A stretch of 64,000 bases of DNA from Bdellovibrionota bacterium FG-1 (GTDB taxonomy: Bacteria; Bdellovibrionota; UBA1018): positions 64,001 to 128,000 of the forward strand of contig JBBCAW010000008.1 of assembly GCA_051382295.1 (NCBI GenBank), read 5' to 3'. The stretch's first letter is position 1. Each line of letters starts with the position of its first letter. Positions 56,128 through 64,000 of the stretch are shown piece by piece. The notes under the pieces were generated by a model. That model worked only from the letters and a program-made list of their open reading frames with translations. It ran no database searches and was not told the origin of the DNA. The translations under genes were made by a program, and so were the position numbers.

Positions 56128-56949
56128 ATGGCGCATCCGAATTCAGTTTTCGACTATTCTGACTACAAAGCTTTCATTCGCGATCTCGATGAGACCAGAC
56201 CTCGTGGCTTCAGAAAATCTTTAGCAGCGGCCATTCCTTGCCAGACCGCTTACGTGTCACAGGTATTAAACGGCCACGCACACTTCAACTGGGAGCAAGC
56301 TGAGGCAGCCGCGCGTTTTTTGGAACTCTCCAAGCCCGAGCTGCGGTACTTTCTTTTACTGGTTGAATCAGCACGCGCCGGCACGCAGTCGCTCAAGCGT
56401 GTGATCGAAGAGCAACTAGAGGAGTTACGCGAACGGCATCTGCTTTTGAAGGAGCGAATTGGAGTTCAAGCGACGCTCTCTGCGGAGAATCAAACTCGCT
56501 ACTATAGCGCCTGGTATTATGCGGCCGTCCACATGGCCGTGACAATTCCATCTCTCAGAAGCCGTGCGACGATTGCAAAATCACTTCACCTTTCACCTGA
56601 GGTGCTCGCGCCAGTTTTAGACTTTCTCGCTTCGGTCGGACTAATCGTCAAGCAGGGCGAGCGCTACTACCCGGGAACGACCCTCATCCATCTCGAAAAA
56701 AATTCGCCAGCCATTTTTCAGCATCATGCAAACTGGAGACTGAAAGCCCTTTCGATGATGTCCGCGGACGTCGCACAGCGGAACGTCCATTATTCGACAG
56801 TTGTCACGCTGTCAGCAGAGGATGCAAAAAAAATTCGGGTCCTTTTCACTCAAGCCATTAGTGACGCCTCTGTCATCATCAAACCCTCTCCTGAGGAGCA
56901 GATGTTTGGGATCAATCTAGATTTGTATCGACTGGACGAAGGAAGCTAA
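56128..56949 (+). CDS. TIGR02147/DUF4423-family HTH protein
   Basis: FDYSDYKAF, CQTAYVSQVLNG, YYSAWYYAAVH, HHANWR; clear paralogue of 3009-3815. Confidence 0.85.
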   Translation: MAHPNSVFDYSDYKAFIRDLDETRPRGFRKSLAAAIPCQTAYVSQVLNGHAHFNWEQAEAAARFLELSKPELRYFLLLVESARAGTQSLKRVIEEQLEELRERHLLLKERIGVQATLSAENQTRYYSAWYYAAVHMAVTIPSLRSRATIAKSLHLSPEVLAPVLDFLASVGLIVKQGERYYPGTTLIHLEKNSPAIFQHHANWRLKALSMMSADVAQRNVHYSTVVTLSAEDAKKIRVLFTQAISDASVIIKPSPEEQMFGINLDLYRLDEGS

Positions 56950-57057
56950 AAATGATTTAGGGCATACCCCAGATCACCCCAATACATTTTCAAAGAAGTG
57001 GGACGCACTCAAGCTTGAGCTTGAAATGCCTTATGTAATCCACAAAAACAGTGTCGT

Positions 57058-57732
57058 TTACCAGAGCGGCTTTCCCAGTGCCTGGATCAAGCGAAGTTGT
57101 TTTCCGATCCGTAGAGCAGTCTCGTTCGTGCAGCCAAGGTCTTTTCGTAACCGATAAAACGTCGTTTCCCCATTAAGAAGTAAATAGGTCGCAATCTCCG
57201 CACGCCAGGAGGCTCCGAAAAGCAGTCGCATACGGATATGGAGGTTCATTTTCGCTGTCAGATCCAACGGTAAAATCTTGTCTCGCTGGTCAATGATTGG
57301 CGCGACCGTCAGGCCGAACTCCTTGAAATCCGGGTTGGCCTCGCACTGACCTATGACCACCGGCAACTCGATATGCTCGGCAAGCGGTATTTTATCGATC
57401 TTCCGCACGCGCTTGTGGATCGTGTTGCAAACCAGTTGGAGTTTTCTGGCCGTTCTAGCCCCGTGCCGGCAAAATCCCCCAAGCAGCATGAGCGATCGCA
57501 GCGGAAGAGAGCGATTTTTGATCAAAAACACCAGCCTCTCCGTATGGATGAGATCGGCGTAGCTGTCGATCCAATTGGCGAGCAGATAGAGAATCTTGGC
57601 ATCCTCTGCCGCGAGATCGAGACTTGAGATCAGGGTTTCCTCGGGATTGGCGTTATGGCTTGGTTTTTCACCAAAGAAAATCCCGATTGATCTTAGGTCC
57701 GCGAGCAGCGCTCTTTCGTCTTTCGGCTTCAT
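57058..57732 (-). CDS. Hypothetical protein with C-terminal wHTH, partner of the nucleotidyltransferase
   Basis: Overlaps the upstream gene's stop; LFGASWRAEIATYLL...YRLRKDLGC. Confidence 0.6.
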   Translation of the reverse strand: MKPKDERALLADLRSIGIFFGEKPSHNANPEETLISSLDLAAEDAKILYLLANWIDSYADLIHTERLVFLIKNRSLPLRSLMLLGGFCRHGARTARKLQLVCNTIHKRVRKIDKIPLAEHIELPVVIGQCEANPDFKEFGLTVAPIIDQRDKILPLDLTAKMNLHIRMRLLFGASWRAEIATYLLLNGETTFYRLRKDLGCTNETALRIGKQLRLIQALGKPLW

Positions 57733-58253
57733 AATTTTAGTTCTTTCTTGAGCATATTCGTGAATGCCTCGATCCAGATTGGATTGGCGTTCTTTTGCTT
57801 AAGACAGTAACGACGCCCCGCAGCCAGCTCCACCGCATCCGGCTTCAAAATCAGCAAATCTTGATAGTCGAATGCCCGCCTTTCCACGCAGGCATGCAAC
57901 TTCGAGTTGATGAGATTCTGACGACCTAAGGAGTAGACCGTGAGATTCCTGCCCTCAAATACCTTCGTAACCGTCGTTTTCCAGTTCGAGGGGAGACGGT
58001 CGATGATCGGATTTACCTTGTTGTTTAACCAGCCCACCGGGTAGCCGAGCTTCTTCGCCACACGCTTGATCGCCCGGTCCAGCGCCGGGTCAATCACTTT
58101 GGCAATCATGTCGATATCGCCGGTCTTGCGGTTGCCTAGACCCAGCAGAGTCAAGGCAGCGCCTCCGCAAATGTAAATTTCTATCGAGCATTCTTCCTGC
58201 TCTAAGGCGCGATCAAGTTCTTTGATCGCCTTTTTGACTTCAATCGCTTTCAT
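57729..58253 (-). CDS. DUF6036-like nucleotidyltransferase (AbiEii-like fold)
   Basis: IYICGGAAL...RKTGDID...WLNN...SKL...DYQDL; TTGTAT-N17-TAGAAT promoter just upstream of ATG 58253. Confidence 0.75.
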   Translation of the reverse strand: MKAIEVKKAIKELDRALEQEECSIEIYICGGAALTLLGLGNRKTGDIDMIAKVIDPALDRAIKRVAKKLGYPVGWLNNKVNPIIDRLPSNWKTTVTKVFEGRNLTVYSLGRQNLINSKLHACVERRAFDYQDLLILKPDAVELAAGRRYCLKQKNANPIWIEAFTNMLKKELKL

Positions 58254-58472
58254 AGGCTTTATAATTCTATCCCTATAGATTGGATAATACAACCTAAAAC
58301 AACCCCGAATAACCCAGGTTGCGATCCTGTTGGTCTATGATTTTATTGGTTTTTATTGATTGTGGTGGAGTTTAGAAAAGTGAAGGACTGAAAGTTTTAG
58401 CGCATCGAGCACTGCCTACGGATTCCGATATTCCGCAATGCCCCCTAAGCCGTTCTGATCCAAAAGGTAATT

Positions 58473-59351
58473 TCACTCAGAAGACGCCTCCAGCAAAATC
58501 GGAAGATACTTATTAACCACCTGCTCATGATCGACATCAGAGAAGGCAAACCCAACCCGATCTCCCCGCACCATCGGTGCGTTCAGAGGGACATTGCTAC
58601 CCTGGAAAAAGGGGATCCCGGCCCCGCGAAGCGCCTCCATCGTTTTCTGATTAGCCCGATTGAGCTCTTCTGAACCCGGCTGATAAACACTCCAAAACCG
58701 ATGATTCGGACTTTGGGCAAAAACCGCAAAAACCTCGGACCGCCCATAAAGACCATCGAGCAAATACAACTCCTGAATCTGTTCCGTGTACTCTCCGTTT
58801 TGAATGATCATTGAAAGTGCGCGGTACGACCCACTATGCCCAGAAAGCGTAATCCGGCCCGGAACTGAATTTTGCGCCAAGCCGACCGCCTGAAACAAAG
58901 TCCCCATCCGCGCCACGAACGCGTGAAAATGAGGCCCATCCGCCAACTCCCTGTCATACTCCGCGCACAGTCCCGTGCTATGAGGAACAACCATCAAAGC
59001 ATTGCGCTGAGAGGCGGCCAGCACATGAGCTAAATCGTATTGGGCCAACTTCTTCTTCAGAGGTGCCGCTTCAACATTATGGCCATGGAGATGCAAAATC
59101 ATTTCCGGAAAAGCCGCCACCCGGTACCGAGGCGGAATCAAAACCGCCACTTCACCCGAATAGCCGTCAATCCGCCCGATGCAACTCAGACTTTGCGTCG
59201 CAACGGGTAAATTACAGGTAAATCCTCGGTGCTGTAAATCAGAGGAAACCGCACTAAAATCGATACTCGCCCCGGCGAAGGCGACTGCATTCGTACAACA
59301 GCCCAACAGGCCGCTGAAAAAGAGCAGACCAAATTTTGCCCAAACCAACAT
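58473..59351 (-). CDS. Secreted alpha/beta hydrolase
   Basis: Signal peptide, HLHGH, LSGHSGS nucleophile elbow, LLDGLY, C-terminal His. Confidence 0.7.
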   Translation of the reverse strand: MLVWAKFGLLFFSGLLGCCTNAVAFAGASIDFSAVSSDLQHRGFTCNLPVATQSLSCIGRIDGYSGEVAVLIPPRYRVAAFPEMILHLHGHNVEAAPLKKKLAQYDLAHVLAASQRNALMVVPHSTGLCAEYDRELADGPHFHAFVARMGTLFQAVGLAQNSVPGRITLSGHSGSYRALSMIIQNGEYTEQIQELYLLDGLYGRSEVFAVFAQSPNHRFWSVYQPGSEELNRANQKTMEALRGAGIPFFQGSNVPLNAPMVRGDRVGFAFSDVDHEQVVNKYLPILLEASSE

Positions 59352-59356
59352 TCAGC

Positions 59357-60061
59357 TCAAATGCCGAGCAAAATAAAAGCCAGCCACAGAACAAACCCAG
59401 AAATCACCGGAATCGTAAAGTTATCATCCATCTCAAGCGGCACGAGCTCCGCCAATCCTCCGGCCAGCCCCCCCGTCAGGGTGAGAACAGCGAGAGAGGC
59501 CCCAGACACTGGAACCGTCTTCAGAAAAACAAAAGTCACGACCGTGCAAGTCAGTATGCCGGCTAGCGTTCCAATCAAAGATTTACCATTAGCAAAGCGG
59601 ATGCTCTTTTTTCCATAGAGGATACCGAAAAAAGAAGCAATCGGATCGCCGCAGGCCAAATACAAGATACTCAGTACGGCCACAGGCTTAGGGAAAATCG
59701 CGATCGCCAGCATCGAGGCGGCAATATAATAAGGAACACCGCTCACCCGATTCACTTCGCACGCTCTCATCACCGGGCCCATCACCTTAACTACGCGATC
59801 ATTAATACCCGGCACCTGAAGACGAACGGTCTCAAGGAAAAGATTAATGCCCAAGCAAGAACCTAAAATCACCATCGCCATGCCGACCTGAATCCCCGAC
59901 AGATAAACGAAGGCGATCACCATGCCCATGAACATGTGCCAAATCTTACGGGCCAGGTGCAAATCAGTCCGAACTTGGAGTCGAACAGGAAAAAGTGCCG
60001 GAAAAAATGAAACCGTGACTGAAGAATTTCTAGAGGCTGGAGCGGTACGATCCATATTCAC
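59357..60061 (-). CDS. CTP-dependent diacylglycerol/polyprenol (dolichol/phytol) kinase family protein
   Basis: RKIWH, GDPIASFFG, KSLIGT, DDNFTIP. Confidence 0.88.
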   Translation of the reverse strand: MNMDRTAPASRNSSVTVSFFPALFPVRLQVRTDLHLARKIWHMFMGMVIAFVYLSGIQVGMAMVILGSCLGINLFLETVRLQVPGINDRVVKVMGPVMRACEVNRVSGVPYYIAASMLAIAIFPKPVAVLSILYLACGDPIASFFGILYGKKSIRFANGKSLIGTLAGILTCTVVTFVFLKTVPVSGASLAVLTLTGGLAGGLAELVPLEMDDNFTIPVISGFVLWLAFILLGI

Positions 60062-60098
60062 AAATCCTCATTTTGTCTTGTAGCGTTACCGCCTACTA

Positions 60099-60114
60099 AG
60101 CAACGAAAGTGCCA
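60099..60114 (-). promoter_or_regulatory. Sigma54 (-24/-12) promoter
   Basis: TGGCACTTTCGTTGCT on the minus strand; IHF-like TTTCAAATATTTA upstream. Confidence 0.8.
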
Positions 60115-60447
60115 TCCTTCGATATTTATTGAAGTTTTTTGAATAAAATTCTGCTTAAAATTCACCATTACTTTCAAATATTTAGACCTAAATAAAAAAA
60201 CGCATCGCGTCATTACGCTTCTTCATTTTTAAAGATTTCAAAGAGTTGGGAAAACCTCTACGCAAAGAAGGTACTAATGCGCGTAGTCATCTATACAGCC
60301 CCAGGATTATTCTAATTATCTTGACACTCCAAGCTAAGCCTAAGATCCTAAGATAGGGAATCGTTCGCATTTGCAACCATCCCCTGCTCGCATGGAATTC
60401 GCGAGTAAAGACAGACTCTCGAAAAACGAGAAGAAAAAGGACGATCC

Positions 60448-61476
60448 ATGGAAGGAAGCGTCAATTATGAATCCGGTAGCCCGGCAGAAGAAGAATTGGA
60501 AAATCGTGATGGAGATCAAAATCCATTCGACGCGATTTCAGTTTCTACCACAACCCGGGTCAAGCAAGTCTGGGCCATTGGCGGGGGAAAAGGTGGCGTC
60601 GGCAAAAGCCTGGTTGCCTCGAGTCTTGCCATTTCGCTTTCAAGAACCGGCAACAAGGTCACGGCGGTTGACCTCGACTTGGGGGGAGCCAACCTTCACA
60701 CCACATTAGGTGTCGACCTCCCCAGACAAACCCTGAGCGACTTTTTCGCAAACCGCGTACCGTCGCTGGATAAATGCACGATTCCAACTGGAATCCCCAA
60801 CCTCGACCTCATCAGCGGTGCCCAAGATTCGGTGGGGGTCGCCAACCTGAACTTTCAAGACAAGGTCCGTTTGCTTCAAAAGATGCGTGAAGTGGATAGC
60901 GACTACCTGGTCATTGATCTGGGGGCGGGCACTTCAAGTAATACAATTGATTTCTTTTTATATGCCGACGTCGGCATTCTCACGATGTTGCCCGAACCGA
61001 CTTCGATTGAAAACGGCTATCGTTTCATCAAAAGCGCCTATTATCGAAGGCTCAAACATTCGAGGTTTCTCAAGGAAATTCGTCCGTTGGTAGAAATGGC
61101 CATGGATGCACAAAATCCAATGGGCATAAAATCGCCCTCGGATCTGTTTCGAGAGGTCAATAAACAAAGCCCCGAAGCCGGCCTCAGACTGAAGCAAGAG
61201 ATCGAAAAATTTAAGCCCAAACTCATCATTAACCAAACTCGCACACAAACCGATATCGATATTGGGTTTTCAGTCAAAGCGGTCTGCAAAAAGTATTTCG
61301 GAATTGAGCTCGATTATATCGGGTACCTGGACTACGACAGTGCGGTCTGGCAGGCGGTTCGCCGCAAGCGGCCGCTCATGCTCGAATTCCCCAATTCTCG
61401 ACTGGTGTCCAGTATCGATCGAGTCGTACACTATCTACTGAAACGTCATGGCCACTATCGGAACGACATTTTTTAA
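60448..61476 (+). CDS. MinD/ParA (FlhG-like) ATPase
   Basis: GGKGGVGKS deviant Walker A, DLDLGGANLH, IDLGAG, PEPTSIENGY. Confidence 0.9.
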   Translation: MEGSVNYESGSPAEEELENRDGDQNPFDAISVSTTTRVKQVWAIGGGKGGVGKSLVASSLAISLSRTGNKVTAVDLDLGGANLHTTLGVDLPRQTLSDFFANRVPSLDKCTIPTGIPNLDLISGAQDSVGVANLNFQDKVRLLQKMREVDSDYLVIDLGAGTSSNTIDFFLYADVGILTMLPEPTSIENGYRFIKSAYYRRLKHSRFLKEIRPLVEMAMDAQNPMGIKSPSDLFREVNKQSPEAGLRLKQEIEKFKPKLIINQTRTQTDIDIGFSVKAVCKKYFGIELDYIGYLDYDSAVWQAVRRKRPLMLEFPNSRLVSSIDRVVHYLLKRHGHYRNDIF

Positions 61477-61491
61477 ATGAGCTAACTTCAA

Positions 61492-62265
61492 ATGAGCTTC
61501 ACCAACGACACCTCTCTGTATGACATCCTCGACATTAAGCCTGATGCCTCCCCGCAGGAGGTCCGCGAGGCCTATTTACGGACCAAAGCGGCCTATAATA
61601 AGGATAGCGTTGCACTCTATACCCTGATTTCCACCGAAGAGCGCGAAAACATGCTGGCCCAGATTCAAGAGGCCTATGAAACCTTGTCCAATGCTGACCG
61701 TCGGCGCGAATACGACCGCCATCATGGCATACTCGATCAAGAAAAGGACTTCCAACCTCCGGTGCGGCCCACCCTCAACAGGAAAATCATCTCCATCGAC
61801 CGGGTTCCTCCCATGGAACATTCAGCCAATAGTGAAAGTCTATTGATCGCGCCGACCACCGACTTTACGGACGACACCAAGCCAACACCTTCGCCAGACG
61901 CCCCTCCTGCTCCGGCCCCACCTTTGGCCACCGTAACGTCCATCACACCCCAAATACAGCCCCGCAACCCCGAACAGGCGCTAACCCAAGAAATCGCGCA
62001 GGAAATCGAATGGAAGGGCTCTTTTTTGAGGCGGGTCCGTGAAGGGCGCAAGATGTCGATTGAGGAACTTTCCGGCATCACCAAGGTCAGCAAAAACTAT
62101 CTGCAAGCCATTGAGGAAGAAAATTTTCCCAAGTTGCCCGCGCCTGTTTTTTTGCGAGGCTTTGTTACCCAATTAGCGAAAACTCTTCGAATTCCTCACG
62201 AGCAAGTCGTTGCCGCCTATATGGCTCGCTTTCAACAATCCCGAGCTGAAAAGACGCCGCGGTGA
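61492..62265 (+). CDS. J-domain-like plus RodZ-type HTH protein
   Basis: LYDILDIKPDAS...AYETLSNADRRREYD (no HPD); C-terminal GSFLRRVRE...TKVSKNYLQAIEEENFPKLPAPVFLRGF. Confidence 0.8.
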   Translation: MSFTNDTSLYDILDIKPDASPQEVREAYLRTKAAYNKDSVALYTLISTEERENMLAQIQEAYETLSNADRRREYDRHHGILDQEKDFQPPVRPTLNRKIISIDRVPPMEHSANSESLLIAPTTDFTDDTKPTPSPDAPPAPAPPLATVTSITPQIQPRNPEQALTQEIAQEIEWKGSFLRRVREGRKMSIEELSGITKVSKNYLQAIEEENFPKLPAPVFLRGFVTQLAKTLRIPHEQVVAAYMARFQQSRAEKTPR

Positions 62266-63278
62266 CCAGTACGTGGAGCTGGGCCGCCGATGATCAGGCC
62301 AGCGCGCTCCGCGCAGACCTCGCCATTCTGAAAGCGCTCGAGCAACGATTGGGCGCCTGGTCCGGCCCGGAAATTTACCCCTCCCGAAACCAGCTACAAC
62401 GCCTGATGAATGAAGAACAAGTCTTTGCGGATGGCACGCCAATCAAGGCTAAAGTCAAATTATTGGCTGGCACGCTCATCCAAGTCCATTTTCCAGAGCC
62501 TCGCCCCGTAGGCCTGATTCCTGAGGCACGTCCCCTGGATATTCTTTTTCAAGATGCGCACATTGTGGTTTTGAACAAGCCTCCGGGCTTGACCGTGCAT
62601 CCCTCTGAAACGCAGAACGAAGGGACCTTGGTTCATGCGCTTCTTTTTCATATTAAAGATCTGAGCGGAATCGGCGGCGAAATGCGCCCGGGTATCGTGC
62701 ACCGGATCGATAAAAACACCAGTGGCGCACTCGTCATCACCAAAACGGACACCGCTCACCGGGCTTTAGCTGAGACCTTTGCTCGCCATGATATTGAGCG
62801 CGTTTACTGGGCCTATTGCTTTGGTTCGCCTACGACTGGCGCGGGACGGATCGAAAATTTGATTGGCCGAAACCCCCATGATCGAAAGAAAATGGCCATC
62901 ACCGTGAGCGAGGGAAGGCGCGCAGTCACGCATTACCGACGCATTGAAGAATATGGTCTACCCAAATTTCAGCCCTTCGCGAGCTGGCTGGAAGCACGCT
63001 TGGAAACGGGACGTACTCATCAAGTCCGGGTTCACTTAACAGGACTCGGACATTCACTCTTAGGCGATCCAACTTATGGCGTGCCAACTGAGAAGCATCC
63101 AAAATGGCTGGCAATGCCGCCCCTGATTCGCGAAAAAGTACTTAAACTTCCTGGGCAGGCCCTTCATGCCCGGGTACTCGGCTTTACCCACCCGATAACA
63201 GGCGAAAAGCTGCGTTTTGAAGCCGAACCCCCAGCCGCCCTCCAAGCACTGATGGACGCCCTTAAACCCTACGCCTGA
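62262..63278 (+). CDS. rluD: 23S rRNA pseudouridine synthase RluD
   Basis: NKPPGLTVHP, RPGIVHRIDKNTSG, LETGRTHQVRVH, QALHA. Confidence 0.9.
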   Translation: MTSTWSWAADDQASALRADLAILKALEQRLGAWSGPEIYPSRNQLQRLMNEEQVFADGTPIKAKVKLLAGTLIQVHFPEPRPVGLIPEARPLDILFQDAHIVVLNKPPGLTVHPSETQNEGTLVHALLFHIKDLSGIGGEMRPGIVHRIDKNTSGALVITKTDTAHRALAETFARHDIERVYWAYCFGSPTTGAGRIENLIGRNPHDRKKMAITVSEGRRAVTHYRRIEEYGLPKFQPFASWLEARLETGRTHQVRVHLTGLGHSLLGDPTYGVPTEKHPKWLAMPPLIREKVLKLPGQALHARVLGFTHPITGEKLRFEAEPPAALQALMDALKPYA

Positions 63279-63930
63279 CCACGGAATACTGCGCCGTACT
63301 TTTTCCCTCACGCCGATAGCTATGGAAAAGAAACTTTCCCGCACTGTCCACCGCACAGCGCGTGCAGGCCCGCAGCAAATCTACTTCGGCCAGGCCAATA
63401 GCACGGAGTTCTGCCGCATTGATAGCCGGAAGATCGAGCATTCGACCCGAGGTCTTCAATGAAAATTCGTGACGAAAATCACCGGCCAGTTCTTGACTGA
63501 CTTCATAGCAGCAAGGACCAATGGCTGGCCCGACCGCGGCTACCCAATCCGAAGGAACCTGACCACGGTCGCTCAGACGCTTCCAGAGCGCACGAAGGAT
63601 CCGAGCCCGAGTCCCGCGCCATCCCGCATGAACCGCAGCAACCGCTCCCCCATCCCGTCGAGCCAATAAGATCGGCACACAATCCGCATGAGTGACGGCA
63701 ACAGGAAGCTCCGCAGAAAAACTAAAAAAGGCATCGACTTCCCCTCCCTTTTGCCCAGGCTCCTTGATTTCACAAGTCGCTATGCCATGCACCTGCTTCC
63801 AATTCGCCTTTTTTTCTTTCCAGTCGGACATTTCGCGCTCAGGGGTCGGGTCGGCGAAACTTCCGAACGAATGCACGAGTGCTGGAATCGTGGCCAGTAA
63901 TTTACTTTGTGGACGCGGTGGGCACGTCAT
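63262..63930 (-). CDS. pgeF: PgeF/YfiH laccase-domain protein
   Basis: QVHG, HADCVPIL, VHAGWRG, GPAIGPCCYEV, CT, SYRRE. Confidence 0.9.
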   Translation of the reverse strand: MTCPPRPQSKLLATIPALVHSFGSFADPTPEREMSDWKEKKANWKQVHGIATCEIKEPGQKGGEVDAFFSFSAELPVAVTHADCVPILLARRDGGAVAAVHAGWRGTRARILRALWKRLSDRGQVPSDWVAAVGPAIGPCCYEVSQELAGDFRHEFSLKTSGRMLDLPAINAAELRAIGLAEVDLLRACTRCAVDSAGKFLFHSYRREGKSTAQYSVVRRRV

Positions 63931-64000
63931 GGACATTGGGGCGGACCTCCAGTTCATCGAAACGAATCACGCCAAAGGGGTTCACTCGAAATCGAACCAC
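63902..64000 (-). CDS. Possible 3' end of an upstream gene (...VVRFRVNPFGVIRFDELEVRPNVHDVPTASTK*)
   Basis: Open frame from the window edge to a TAA overlapping the pgeF start; too short to identify. Confidence 0.35.
   Translation of the reverse strand: MVRFRVNPFGVIRFDELEVRPNVHDVPTASTK

Noticed and set aside
1..64000. tRNA, rRNA, prophage, integrase or transposase genes
   Set aside because: None recognised by eye; a tRNAscan/Rfam run would be needed to exclude small RNAs formally.

Overview
Bacterial chromosomal window, probably Bdellovibrionota/Oligoflexia-like (inferred from several TIGR02147-type regulators, many orphan secreted proteins and a deltaproteobacterial-type gene set). The backbone carries housekeeping genes: rlmL, an RlmI-like methyltransferase, crcB, an NFACT/RqcH protein, cca, ftsK, a ROK kinase, an NtrC-type two-component system, epmA, ABC exporters, two RluA-family synthases, a BMP nucleoside ABC importer, mutS2, a MinD/FlhG-like ATPase and pgeF. 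Three accessory blocks interrupt it (about 1-5.3 kb, 27.2-36.5 kb and 52.7-58.4 kb). The best candidate for an undescribed system is at 27228-33521. It comprises a 25-aa Cys-free, Thr-rich peptide gene missed by the ORF track (MENVEIIDLDGIETQAETLGMTFTA), a minimal stand-alone LanM-type dehydratase (DUF4135, no cyclase, split by a 1-nt frameshift), an orphan family-5 solute-binding protein and a hybrid histidine kinase (both coupled by GTGA overlaps), and a divergent MFS exporter. This looks like a RiPP-based peptide signalling (quorum-sensing-like) circuit in a Gram-negative lineage. Also notable are a twice-occurring 'secreted HExxH protein <-> TIGR02147 regulator + toxin-antitoxin pair' cassette, two copies of a MITE-like palindromic element at island edges, periodic operator arrays and several apparently leaderless genes. 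No rRNA, tRNA, CRISPR array, integrase or transposase was recognised. All family assignments come from motif recognition by eye, not database searches.
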